From Nitrospirota bacterium (GTDB taxonomy: Bacteria > Nitrospirota > Thermodesulfovibrionia > Thermodesulfovibrionales > JdFR-85): 64,000 nt of DNA. The notes beneath the pieces are model-generated. The model had not been told where the DNA came from. It did no database searches and was given only the letters and a program-made list of their open reading frames with translations. Within the stretch, counting starts at the first letter, position 1; the number at the start of each line of letters is the position of its first letter. Location: positions 15,902 to 79,901 of the forward strand of contig JAADGG010000067.1 in assembly GCA_013152485.1 (NCBI GenBank), in the 5' to 3' direction. This document shows, in pieces, positions 54,132-63,854 of this stretch. A program made the position numbers and the translations under genes.

Positions 54132-55102
54132 TTCCGCCTCCCTCTCTTGCCTGCAGCACTGATGAGTCTGCGGGCGTCTTCCTTCAGCATGTCCGTGTAG
54201 GTGTCGGTACCTGGCAGGGTCCCGGGCATATGGGTGAGCAGAACGACCGCGGCTCCTGTCTCTTCGGCTACCATGCCGGGTATGTCAGGCGGAAACTGCG
54301 GCACGGTGAGGATCATGCCGATTCCCCTTTTGCGCATCAAGAGGATGACCCTGCGGAGGTGACGTGCCGAGGGCTCTTTCCCGGGTACACTGATTATGGT
54401 TGCAGCCTCTTCCACGCCGTAGCGCCTGAGAAAATAGGTGAGGGCTGGAACCGCTGTGACCACTGCCTGGCCGGAGAGCGGAAGGAGGGTCCTCCCGACT
54501 TCCTCGTCCAGCGCTGACAGGCGTTCAATGTAACGGCCTGCATTCTTGCGGTATGTGTCGGCGTGGTCGGGATCTGCACGGACGAGTCCCTCCATGATGG
54601 CGGTGATCATCCGCTTCGCGTTCCCGGGATCCATCCAGACATGGGGATTGCTGTCGATGACATCGCATCTGCGAGAAGCAACCACCTGAACGAGACCGGG
54701 ATTGCCGGAGTTCTTCAACAGTCTCTCCGCCCATGCCTCAAGGCCCAATCCCACCCTTACGAAGAGGTCCGCCCGTGCAAGGGCCTTTACGTCGCTGACT
54801 CTGGGTTCATAGGTGTGGGGGTTTTCAGTCCCGGTGACGATAGACCTGACTTCGACGAGGCTTCCTCCGGTATTACGCGCAAACTCTGCAAGTACCGGAA
54901 TCGTTGCCACCACGTTCAGCCTGCGGCTGCCCTCCTGGCCCAGTCCGTGACTGCCCTCCTGGCCCAGCCCTCGGCTGTTTCCTTGGTTCAGCCCGTGGCT
55001 GCTTTCCTGGTTCAGCCCCTGGCTGCTTTCCTGTGGGAAGCAGGCGGCTGGAACGGACAGTAGGGTCAGGACGACGAGGAATACGGTCATCAGTGTCTTC
55101 AT
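54128..55102 (-). CDS. Metal ABC transporter substrate-binding protein (ZnuA/TroA cluster A) with an N-terminal 8-aa repeat tract
   Basis: It has a signal peptide followed by 5x (Q-E/G-S/G/N-S-x-G/R-L-N/G). The TroA-like body includes ..NPHTYEP.., ..NPHVWMDP.. Confidence 0.85.
   Translation of the reverse strand: MKTLMTVFLVVLTLLSVPAACFPQESSQGLNQESSHGLNQGNSRGLGQEGSHGLGQEGSRRLNVVATIPVLAEFARNTGGSLVEVRSIVTGTENPHTYEPRVSDVKALARADLFVRVGLGLEAWAERLLKNSGNPGLVQVVASRRCDVIDSNPHVWMDPGNAKRMITAIMEGLVRADPDHADTYRKNAGRYIERLSALDEEVGRTLLPLSGQAVVTAVPALTYFLRRYGVEEAATIISVPGKEPSARHLRRVILLMRKRGIGMILTVPQFPPDIPGMVAEETGAAVVLLTHMPGTLPGTDTYTDMLKEDARRLISAAGKRGRRK
54914..55033 (-). repeat. Five imperfect 24-bp tandem repeats inside the SBP gene
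   Basis: The units span 55010-55033, 54986-55009, 54962-54985, 54938-54961 and 54914-54937. They encode QESSQGLN, QESSHGLN, QGNSRGLG, QEGSHGLG and QEGSRRLN. Confidence 0.9.
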
Positions 55103-55287
55103 GTGCGTGGATCTGCTTTACAGTCTTGAGCGAGGGGCCTTTGGAGCCGACCCGCCGGAGACGGCATCAGGGGTTCTCTGCCGGAAATGCGAGGCCGGTG
55201 CCGATCCTGGAGTCTTCCGAGTCTTGTCATCCCTGAAATATATCATAAAGCGGAGAAACAGGGCAAAGCATTCTCTCCGGTCCATGT

Positions 55288-57435
55288 TCAGAAGTCTCCT
55301 CCCGAGGCCGCCTTCAGCGCGGTCTGGTAGAACTTGTTTGCATACTCCTTAACCATCCTGCGGGCGCTGAACGTGGGAGAAGTGCTTATCATGGCCTTTT
55401 TCATGACCTTGACCCACCCGTGCGGAATACCGTCGTCTCCCACGTTGTAGTAAAGCGGAATCACCTCGTTTTCGAGTATTCCGTATATGGCCTCTGCATC
55501 GGCTGCGTCCCTGTCCTGGAGACCGGCCTCTCCGAAGGCCCATCCGTTTTCGCCGTTGAACCCCTCCATCCACCAGCCGTCGAGTATGCTCAGCTGCGGT
55601 ACGCCGTTGAGTGACGCCTTCATGCCGCTGGTCCCGCAAGCCTCGAGGGGAGGCAGGGGATTGTTGAGCCATACGTCCACACCGTGTACGAGGTACTGGG
55701 CGAGCTGCTCGTCGTAGTCCTCAACAAATGCTATCCGGCCTCCGAAGGACGGGTCCTTTGCGGCATTGAAGACCTGCTGAAGGACTTGTTTGCCTGGATC
55801 GTCGTCGGGATGTGCCTTTCCCGCGAATATTATCTGTACGGGTCTCCAGCGGTCGTTCAGGATCCCCTTGAGCCTCTCTATATCGTGAAGGATGAGGGCT
55901 GCGCGCTTGTACGTTGCAAACCTGCGTGCAAACCCGATGGTAAGGGCGTTGGGGTCGAGCAGCACTCCTGATGCAAGTATGATACGCGGGTCCGCATTCT
56001 CATCAAGCCACCTCTGCCTCACCCGCTCCCTCATCCTGATTATCAGCTTCATTTTGACCCAGAAGTGCGTTTTCCACAGCTCCTCGTCGCTGATGTCTTC
56101 GACCAGCCTCCACGTCTCTGCGACGTCGTGTTCGTTCAGCCAGTCCATGTCAACGAACTTGTTCAGCAGGAGCTGTATCCTCGGTTCAATCCATGTTGGT
56201 ACATGAATGCCGTTTGTGACCGATTCTATCGGAACGCTGTCTTCAGGAAGCTCGGGCCACAGCGACTGCCACATCCTGCGTGTAACCTCCCCGTGTCTCT
56301 TGCTCACCGCATTCCGGTATCCCGACATCCTCAGGGCGAAAGCCGTCATGTTGAAGCCCGAGCCCGGGTCGGCCGGATTCATCCCGAGTTTCATGAACGA
56401 TTCACTGTCAAGGCCGAGAGACGGCCAGTAGCTGTGAAAGTACCTCTCCATCAGGGAAAACGGGAATACGTCATGGCCTGCCGGTACGGGGGTATGCGTG
56501 GTGAATACCGTGGTGGCCCTCACCTGCGTCGATGCCTCGTCGAATGTCATGCCCGAGGCCACCCTTTCCCTGATGCGTTCGAGTATGGCGAAGGCAGGAT
56601 GCCCTTCGTTCAGATGCAGGACCGAATGTCTTATCCCGAGCACGTTCAGCACTTCAGCGCCTCCTATGCCGAGGACCACCTCCTGCTTCAGCCGCTGCTC
56701 CGGACTCCCTATGTAGAGGCGTGCAGATATGCCGCGGTTCCAGGGGTCGTTCATCTCGATGTCCGTATCCATCAGATACAGTGACACCCTGCCGACCTGA
56801 ACCTTCCATACTTCCACGTGGACCGGAGGCTCTATGAACGGCACCTTCACTATCAGGCGCTCTCCCCTGTCATCGAGCACCCGCCTTATGGGTGCGTTCT
56901 CCCTGTCGAGGGTCTCACTCTCACTCTCCTGCCATCCGTCCGGCCTCATCCTCTGCCTGAGGTATCCTTCAGGATACATGAAACCGATAGCCACCACAGG
57001 CACGCCGAGGTCACTGCACTCTTTGAGGAAGTCTCCTGCAAGGAATCCGAGCCCGCCGGCATAGAACGGAAGAGAGTGGTGAAGCCCGTACTCTGCTGAG
57101 AAGTATGCTATGGGGAACATGCCCGGGTCGGTGATGTTGGAGTGGAACCAGCCCGATGAGGTCTTCATCTCGGTCCTGAACCTCGCCATTACGGCATCGT
57201 AGTGCCTCAGGAAGCGCGGGTCCTTCGATGCTGCATCGAGGACGTCGCTCTCGAGGTCGTGGAGCATCTTCACGGGATTATGCACGCTCACCTTCCATGC
57301 GGCGCGGTTGAGCATCTTGAAGAGCATCCTCGCCTCGGGATGCCAGCTCCACCAGAGGTTGTAAGCCAGTTCTCCAAGGCCGCTGATCCTTTCCGGAATT
57401 TCCGGGAACCTTTCGCTTCCCACTGAATCGGTCAT
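55288..57435 (-). CDS. glgP: Alpha-glucan (glycogen/maltodextrin) phosphorylase, GT35 short-type
   Basis: The 715-aa protein has ..YFSAEYG..GGLG.LAGD.. and ..EACGTSGMKA.., the PLP-Lys region. Confidence 0.9.
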   Translation of the reverse strand: MTDSVGSERFPEIPERISGLGELAYNLWWSWHPEARMLFKMLNRAAWKVSVHNPVKMLHDLESDVLDAASKDPRFLRHYDAVMARFRTEMKTSSGWFHSNITDPGMFPIAYFSAEYGLHHSLPFYAGGLGFLAGDFLKECSDLGVPVVAIGFMYPEGYLRQRMRPDGWQESESETLDRENAPIRRVLDDRGERLIVKVPFIEPPVHVEVWKVQVGRVSLYLMDTDIEMNDPWNRGISARLYIGSPEQRLKQEVVLGIGGAEVLNVLGIRHSVLHLNEGHPAFAILERIRERVASGMTFDEASTQVRATTVFTTHTPVPAGHDVFPFSLMERYFHSYWPSLGLDSESFMKLGMNPADPGSGFNMTAFALRMSGYRNAVSKRHGEVTRRMWQSLWPELPEDSVPIESVTNGIHVPTWIEPRIQLLLNKFVDMDWLNEHDVAETWRLVEDISDEELWKTHFWVKMKLIIRMRERVRQRWLDENADPRIILASGVLLDPNALTIGFARRFATYKRAALILHDIERLKGILNDRWRPVQIIFAGKAHPDDDPGKQVLQQVFNAAKDPSFGGRIAFVEDYDEQLAQYLVHGVDVWLNNPLPPLEACGTSGMKASLNGVPQLSILDGWWMEGFNGENGWAFGEAGLQDRDAADAEAIYGILENEVIPLYYNVGDDGIPHGWVKVMKKAMISTSPTFSARRMVKEYANKFYQTALKAASGGDF

Positions 57436-57520
57436 CGTTTCCTCTCCTTTCTATCACTCAGCGCGGGACGTGATGTGAGACGACACTGTCCTGGGCTGCA
57501 GCGGGATGAGCGCCGTGGCT

Positions 57521-58993
57521 TCAGTCCACAACCCAGCCCATTGCCCGCTTCACCGCCCTTTTCCATTGAGAGTAACAGAGGTCCGCTCTTTTCTCGTCCA
57601 CCAGCGGGCTGAATACACGTTCAACCTTTCTCGTCCCGAAGAAGCCGTTCCTGCTCCAGAATCCGGCTGCGATTCCCGCGATGCCTGCGGCTCCGAATGC
57701 GGTTGTCTCCGTCAACACCGGTCTTTCTATTGCCGCGCCCAGAATGTCGGCCTGAAACTGCATCAGGAAGTCGTTCTTCGAGGCTCCCCCGTCCACCCTT
57801 ACTTTCTTGAGAGCCATTCCCGTGGTCCTCTCCATCTCTTCGATCACGTCGCGTGTCTGGTACGCTATCGCCTCGAGCGCCGCCCTGACGAGGTGTTCCC
57901 TGCGGGTTCCCCGAGTAATCCCGATGATCATCCCCCTTGCGTCGGGGTCCCAGTACGGCGCGCCCAGCCCTGTCAGGGCGGGCACGAAGTAAACTCCCTC
58001 GTTGGAGCCGAGGGAGGCGGCCATGGACTCTGTCTCAGCGGATGAACGGATGATCTTCAGCCCGTCTCTCAGCCACTGTATGCATGAGCCTCCCACGAAG
58101 ACGCTCCCCTCCATTGCATAGCAGACTTCACCGTCTGTCTTCCAGGCTATGGTGTTCAGCAGTCTGCCCGAGGTCTGCAGTTCCGAGCCGGTCGATGTCA
58201 TGAGAAACAGGCCCGTTCCGTAAGTGTTCTTGACCACGTCCTCTTCCCAGCCGCCCTGTGCGAACAGTGAGGCCTGCTGATCTCCGAGTATTCCTGTTAT
58301 GGGGATCTCCCTGCCCGTAATCTCCTTGGCCGTGTTTCCGAACAGGCCGCTGCTTTCCCTGACCTCTGGAAAGATCTTCCTCGGGAGGCCGAATATTTCC
58401 AGCAGGTCTTCGTCATAGTCCAGCGTGTGTATGTTGTAACACAGTGTGCGCGAGGCATTGCCGGGTTCTGTTGCGTGCACTCTTCCCGCTGTAAGGTTCC
58501 AAAGGACCCAGGTGTCGACCGTTCCGAAGATTATGTTCCCCTGCTCGATCCCCCTCCTGACTCCATCGACGTGTTCGATTATCCACTTGATCTTTGTAGC
58601 CGAGAAATAGGGGTCCAGGGGGAGTCCGGTCTTCTCTCTAATGGTCCCGGAGTACTCCTCCAGCCGGTCGCATATGGGCTTTGTCCGCCTGCACTGCCAG
58701 ACGATGGCATTATGGACGGGCTTGCCGGTTCTTTTGTCCCACAGCAGGGTCGTCTCCCGCTGGTTTGTCATCCCCATGGAGACGACACTGTCAGCTCCTA
58801 CTGCAGATATGACGTCTTGAAGGGCCTTTTTCGTCGTGTTCAGTATGTCAAACGGGTCGTGCTCCACCCATCCTGGTGCCGGAAATATCTGGGGAAACTC
58901 ATAGTAAGACTTTGCCGCCACGCTTCCGTCCGCGGTAAAGGCGATGACCCGGTTGCCTGTTGTCCCAAGATCGATTGCAAGTATGACCTTCAT
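57521..58993 (-). CDS. glpK: Glycerol kinase
   Basis: The 490-aa protein has ..ILAIDLGTTGNR.. and ..GNASRTL..; FGGY-family motifs run throughout. Confidence 0.95.
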   Translation of the reverse strand: MKVILAIDLGTTGNRVIAFTADGSVAAKSYYEFPQIFPAPGWVEHDPFDILNTTKKALQDVISAVGADSVVSMGMTNQRETTLLWDKRTGKPVHNAIVWQCRRTKPICDRLEEYSGTIREKTGLPLDPYFSATKIKWIIEHVDGVRRGIEQGNIIFGTVDTWVLWNLTAGRVHATEPGNASRTLCYNIHTLDYDEDLLEIFGLPRKIFPEVRESSGLFGNTAKEITGREIPITGILGDQQASLFAQGGWEEDVVKNTYGTGLFLMTSTGSELQTSGRLLNTIAWKTDGEVCYAMEGSVFVGGSCIQWLRDGLKIIRSSAETESMAASLGSNEGVYFVPALTGLGAPYWDPDARGMIIGITRGTRREHLVRAALEAIAYQTRDVIEEMERTTGMALKKVRVDGGASKNDFLMQFQADILGAAIERPVLTETTAFGAAGIAGIAAGFWSRNGFFGTRKVERVFSPLVDEKRADLCYSQWKRAVKRAMGWVVD

Positions 58994-59997
58994 GTCTCCT
59001 CTCCCGCCTGCTCTTCCTCGATGAAATCCTTTATGAACAGGCTGATGAACTTTTCCACCTCGAACCTGCCGTTTATGACGTCCCAGAGGTTCTTCGCCAG
59101 CGGCATGGGGACGTGGAGCTTCTCGGCGAGGTACAGGATGCTCTGTGCGGCGTTGTATCCCTCCGGCAGTATCCCCATCCTCCTCCGTATCTCTTCGAGG
59201 TTCAGTCCTCCGGCCAGCAGCTCACCCATTCTTCTGTTGTGGCTGTGTTCACTCAGTGACGTTGCAATCAGATCGCCGAGGCCGGAGAGATAGAAGAAGG
59301 TCTCCCTTCGTGCGCCGAGGCGTGTTCCCATCTCCGCCATCTCCTCCAGGGCCATCGTCAAGTATGCCGACCTGAAGTTTACGCTGCGGATCTCCTTTCC
59401 GTCAAACATTCCAAGCCCTATGGCATAGATGTTTTTCATTATTCCGCCCAGTTCGACGCCGGTTCCGTCGTCGGAGAAGCGGGTCCTGAAGTATCCGTTG
59501 TCCATTATTCGCGAGACGACGGTCAGGTCTCTCCTGTCCTTTCCTGCAAGCACGACCACCGTCGGCATCATCCTCGAGACCTCGTTGGCGATCGAGGGGC
59601 CGGAGAGCATCACCGCCCTGTTGCGTGGAAAGAGTGAAAGAAGCGTCTGGAATGATGTGAGGCCCGTATCTCTGTCGATCCCCTTGGCCAGGTTCACCAG
59701 GATGGTCTCTTCGGAAACCTCGTCCCTGACTGTACCGAGGGTCTTGCTTATGAAGGCGGAGGGGACGGCGATGAAGACGACCTCGGAATCCTCTAATGCC
59801 TCGCTCAGCTCTGCCGTGGCTCTGAGCTCCGGGTTGAGCACTATCCCCGGCAGGTACCTGGAATTCCTGTGCCCGACGTTTATTTCCTCGACGACGTCTC
59901 CGTCATGTTCCCACCCGGTCACTGCGTGGCCGTTGGACGCGATGAGATTCGCCATTGCAGTGCCCATGTTTCCCAGCCCTACGAATCCTACCTTCAC
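58990..59997 (-). CDS. gpsA: NAD(P)H-dependent glycerol-3-phosphate dehydrogenase
   Basis: It has ..VGFVGLGNMGTA.., ..NLAKGI.. and ..GGIMKNIYAIG.. It overlaps glpK by 4 nt. Confidence 0.95.
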   Translation of the reverse strand: MKVGFVGLGNMGTAMANLIASNGHAVTGWEHDGDVVEEINVGHRNSRYLPGIVLNPELRATAELSEALEDSEVVFIAVPSAFISKTLGTVRDEVSEETILVNLAKGIDRDTGLTSFQTLLSLFPRNRAVMLSGPSIANEVSRMMPTVVVLAGKDRRDLTVVSRIMDNGYFRTRFSDDGTGVELGGIMKNIYAIGLGMFDGKEIRSVNFRSAYLTMALEEMAEMGTRLGARRETFFYLSGLGDLIATSLSEHSHNRRMGELLAGGLNLEEIRRRMGILPEGYNAAQSILYLAEKLHVPMPLAKNLWDVINGRFEVEKFISLFIKDFIEEEQAGEET

Positions 59998-60135
59998 AGT
60001 TCCGCCTCCATGACAAATTATAATTCATCCGTCCGAATCCCTGCCCCTTCCTCTGCCGTTCCGGAAGGGGGGAATCCCGGCCTGCGCCCCGGCGAGCAGC
60101 TCGACAGGCTCGGGACGAGCCGTAGGGCCCCTCTT

Positions 60136-62739
60136 TCAGGCGACGATCCTGTCCTTTCGCAAGAGCTTGTATGTCCATATCTTGACGAAGTCGTTTATTA
60201 CGAACCATACGATTGCGTACGCCCAGACCAGCAAGGCGTTCTTCCAGCCTATGGGAGCCACAAACCATCCATATACGACAAACAGGGTTGCGAGGGCTTT
60301 TGTAAGGACTGCGGCCCACAACAGTATCGGAGCAGGGTGGGGCCTCCGCCAGAAGTGTTCCTCCGTCCTCGTGATGAATATCGTCAGGTGTCCGGCAACG
60401 GCGAGTTTCAGGAATATGAAGCTCTGCACGACCGGAGCGGAGAGGTGCATATACTCTTCGGCGATGTAGAATATCCCGAAGCTTGCAATGACTCCGAGGA
60501 CACCGAGGACGGTGGATATGCTCATCACCTCTCCCATGTTCCATCTGACCGGCTCCTCGTCCACCCTGGTCCTGTCGTATGCGATGGCCAGTATGGGCAG
60601 GTCGTTCAGGAAGGCGAGTATGATGATCATGATGGCTGTCACGGGGTAGAAGTTGAATATTACGATCGACGCCGTCATGAACAGGATCACCCTGATAGTC
60701 TCCGCTATCCTGTAGAGACTGTAGCTCTTCATCCTCTCGAACGTCACACGGGCACCTTTTACGGCATCCACTATAACCGACAACCCGGGAGCCAGCAGGA
60801 CGAGGTCGGCAGCGGCCCTTGCAGCATCGGTTGCACCTGAGACCGCGATGCCGGCGTCGGCCTTCTTGAGCGCAGGCGCATCGTTGACGCCGTCACCCGT
60901 CATGCCCACGATATGTCCGGCCTTTTGGAGCTTGTCTACTATGAAGTACTTGTCTTCGGGAAACACCTGGGCGAATCCGTCGGCGTCCTCTATCACCTCT
61001 ATGATCTCCGACTCATGCCTCTTCACGTAGCCCTTCGGCAGTTCGACGTCTCTCAGCTCCCTTTCCAGTTCCTTCACGATTCCGCTTGCCATCTCTTGAG
61101 CGTCCTCTTCGGTGGCATCGGGGGCCAGTTTCCGGTATACCGATCTTGCTATGATCTGTCCCAGCAGGACGAGCTCCCTGTTGTTTGCCCCTTTGAGCTC
61201 TCTGGCATCAAGGATGTTCTCACCGATTCCCAGTATGCGTGCTATGTGTTTGGCGATGGCCGCATTGTCACCCGTGACCATCTTGACGTTCAGTCCGAGC
61301 CTCTTTGCCTCTTCTATCGTCTCTTTCGAGTCTTCCCTGGGCGGATCGAAGAGAGGCAGGAGGCCGATGAGTTCAAGGGTTTCGTCCTCTGGCTGTTTCA
61401 CGGCCACACCGAGAGTCCTGAATCCCTTCTCTGCAAAGGCCTCGACCTTCTCCAGGACCTCCCGCCTGTCGGTACGTTCCCCGCACAGGTCGAGTATCAC
61501 TTGAGGCGCCCCCTTTGTGACGAGAAACGTCCTGTCCCCGTTCCTTACGAGTGCTTCCGTCCGTTTGCTTACAGGATCGAAGGGCGTGAACTTCACCTGC
61601 TGATACTGTTTCAGTTCTTTTGTCAGCCCGTTCTTCTCCAGGTACTCGAAGATGGGAACCTCGATGGGGTCCTTGTTCTCTTCGCTCGATGACAGGGCGG
61701 CGTAGAGCATCAGCTCCTCGACGGTATGGCCGTAGAAGGTGACAGGATCGGATACGGTCATCCGGTTCCTTGTCAATGTACCCGTCTTGTCGGAGCAGAG
61801 CACGTCGACCCCTGCCAGCTCTTCGATGGAGACGAGCCTGCTTACTATGGCCTGTTTCTTTGCGAGGTTCATGGCGCCCACCGCCATTGTCACGGACAGC
61901 ACGGCGGGCAGTGCCACCGGTATTGCGGCTACGGTCAGGACGAGGGTGAAGCGCAGTATCTCTATCATGTTCTCGTGTCTGAACATGGCGGTTATCAGAA
62001 TGACGGCAGCCAGCATTACAGTGATGATGATCAGGTAGTTTCCTATATGTATGACGGCCTTCTGGAAGTGGCTCTTCTCTTCTCTCTGGGCCCTGGCAAC
62101 GAGTGCAACCGTCTTGCCGAAGAATGTATCCATTGCCGTGCTGGTTACCACCGCCAGCATCTCGCCCTGCTTCACTATGGTGTTGGAATACGCCACGTCG
62201 CCGGGCTTTTTGCTGACGGGCAGGGATTCGCCCGTGAGCGCAGACTGGTCGGCCTGGATGAAATCCCCCTCGATCAGCCTTACGTCGGCGGGAACGAGGT
62301 CTCCGATCTTTATCTTTATGATGTCTCCGGGGACCAGTTCCCTTGCGTCCACCGTCTGGAACCGTCCATCCCTCAAGACGAGAGCCTTCTTGGCCAGCTT
62401 GCCTTTCAGCACCTTCAATGCGTTCAGCGCCTTGGACTCCTGCCAGAAGTCTATGAACGCATTGGTGAAGAGCAGTATCATTATGATTACGAAGTCGTCC
62501 CACCGGCGGACTACGGCGGAGAGCAGGGCCGCCACTTCGATCATTCCGGGGATCGGTCCCCAGAAGCGTCTGAGCACCCTGTGAAGCGTGGACTCTTCCT
62601 TCTCCGGGATCTCGTTGTATCCGTACTGTTGCAGTCTCCTTGCGGCCTCGTCTGACGATAGTCCGCTCTCTTTATCCGTCCGCAGTGCTTTCAGCGTCTC
62701 ATCAACGGATCTGTTGTCGTGATCTCCGGTCTCGCCCAT
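60136..62739 (-). CDS. P-type ATPase of the P3A (plasma-membrane H+-ATPase) type
   Basis: The 867-aa protein has DKTGTLT, TGES and GDGVNDAPALKKADAGIA motifs. Its N-terminal half aligns by eye along its length with plant/fungal H+-ATPases (..QSALTGESLPV.., ..VLSVTMA.G.. and similar). Confidence 0.85.
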   Translation of the reverse strand: MGETGDHDNRSVDETLKALRTDKESGLSSDEAARRLQQYGYNEIPEKEESTLHRVLRRFWGPIPGMIEVAALLSAVVRRWDDFVIIMILLFTNAFIDFWQESKALNALKVLKGKLAKKALVLRDGRFQTVDARELVPGDIIKIKIGDLVPADVRLIEGDFIQADQSALTGESLPVSKKPGDVAYSNTIVKQGEMLAVVTSTAMDTFFGKTVALVARAQREEKSHFQKAVIHIGNYLIIITVMLAAVILITAMFRHENMIEILRFTLVLTVAAIPVALPAVLSVTMAVGAMNLAKKQAIVSRLVSIEELAGVDVLCSDKTGTLTRNRMTVSDPVTFYGHTVEELMLYAALSSSEENKDPIEVPIFEYLEKNGLTKELKQYQQVKFTPFDPVSKRTEALVRNGDRTFLVTKGAPQVILDLCGERTDRREVLEKVEAFAEKGFRTLGVAVKQPEDETLELIGLLPLFDPPREDSKETIEEAKRLGLNVKMVTGDNAAIAKHIARILGIGENILDARELKGANNRELVLLGQIIARSVYRKLAPDATEEDAQEMASGIVKELERELRDVELPKGYVKRHESEIIEVIEDADGFAQVFPEDKYFIVDKLQKAGHIVGMTGDGVNDAPALKKADAGIAVSGATDAARAAADLVLLAPGLSVIVDAVKGARVTFERMKSYSLYRIAETIRVILFMTASIVIFNFYPVTAIMIIILAFLNDLPILAIAYDRTRVDEEPVRWNMGEVMSISTVLGVLGVIASFGIFYIAEEYMHLSAPVVQSFIFLKLAVAGHLTIFITRTEEHFWRRPHPAPILLWAAVLTKALATLFVVYGWFVAPIGWKNALLVWAYAIVWFVINDFVKIWTYKLLRKDRIVA

Positions 62740-62921
62740 CTTCCGACCCTCCTGTCTGTTTCAGGGCCGTCCTACAGCCCCGAAGGCGGTTTGTCATCGC
62801 CTGCCGCTGTTGTCCTTTTTTTCTCTCTCTTCCTGCCGACGGTTAAGTGTATGATAAACCCTTGAAGCCTTCTGCTTCTGCAACCTAGGTATCACAAGCG
62901 AGGGGGCATGTCACATCTGGT

Positions 62922-63674
62922 TCACCTCGACCCTCTCCTCTCTTCAGACCTCAGGTGTTCCCTGACTTTCCTCACCAGGGCATGCAGGTCCGAGATTTCC
63001 AGGTGCCCTCTCCAGGCGGTAATGATGCCCTCTCTCTTGAGTTCCTGGAGGTGTCTGTTTACAACCGTCCTGACAGAGCCGATCATGTTCGCCAGCTCTT
63101 CATGCGAGCGGTCGTAGATGAGTCTCAGCCGGGGATGGGGATTGCTCTGGACCGTATGCTGGAGCAGGAGTTTCAGCAGTCTGGTTTCGGTATCGTGGAG
63201 TGCGAGGTCAGAGGCGAGGTCGGCGACCTGACGCATCTGTCTCCCGATATAGGGCAGAAACGACTTGTTGAACTCGGGATGCCTTTCTATCCAGGCCCTT
63301 ATGGTGTCGAGCGGAGAAGACAGTGCCTCTATGTCATCCAGTGCCGACACGGATACATTGTGTTTCTTGTTGTCGAGCAGCGAGACCACGTCGAAGCCGT
63401 CCCCCGGGCCCAGGAGGAAGAGTATCAGCTCCCTTCCCGTGGCCGGGTTCGATCGAGTAACCTTCACCCGTCCGGATGTCAGAACATAAAACCTCTGGAC
63501 GGTCCCTTCCGGGTCCATGATCGTGGCCCCCCGGTGCCACGTCTCCGCACGGAACGACGACAACATCTCCTCCATGACAGGCTCGTCGAGAGCGCTGAAG
63601 AGGGCCGATCCCTTCAGGGTCTCCAACGCCCTGGCATAGAGTGGTGAGCCGGTTCTCAAGTAACCCTCCTGCAT
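62922..63674 (-). CDS. Crp/Fnr-family transcriptional regulator
   Basis: It has an N-terminal cNMP-binding-like beta-roll and a C-terminal HTH (..SHEELANMIGSVRTVVNRHLQELK..). No N-terminal Fnr Cys cluster is present. Confidence 0.85.
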   Translation of the reverse strand: MQEGYLRTGSPLYARALETLKGSALFSALDEPVMEEMLSSFRAETWHRGATIMDPEGTVQRFYVLTSGRVKVTRSNPATGRELILFLLGPGDGFDVVSLLDNKKHNVSVSALDDIEALSSPLDTIRAWIERHPEFNKSFLPYIGRQMRQVADLASDLALHDTETRLLKLLLQHTVQSNPHPRLRLIYDRSHEELANMIGSVRTVVNRHLQELKREGIITAWRGHLEISDLHALVRKVREHLRSEERRGSR

Positions 63675-63854
63675 GGTCGTAACCTAAAGGAGCCTCCGGG
63701 CTTGCAACCCTGCGTTGTTCTTCGGTCGTTCTCCGCCCTGAAGGCCCGTGAGCAAGCATACGTATTATAGCCGAATACCGGAGTCGCATTGGCCGAAAAA
63801 ACGTCCGGTCTCCTGCTGAGCACGGTCGTTGCATAATATTGTATGATATTCTTG

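Noticed and set aside
54914-55033. A tandem 24-bp repeat array as a possible CRISPR or minisatellite locus.
   Set aside because: The units are contiguous with no spacers, in frame, and lie inside a well-supported SBP gene. This is a coding repeat, not a CRISPR array.
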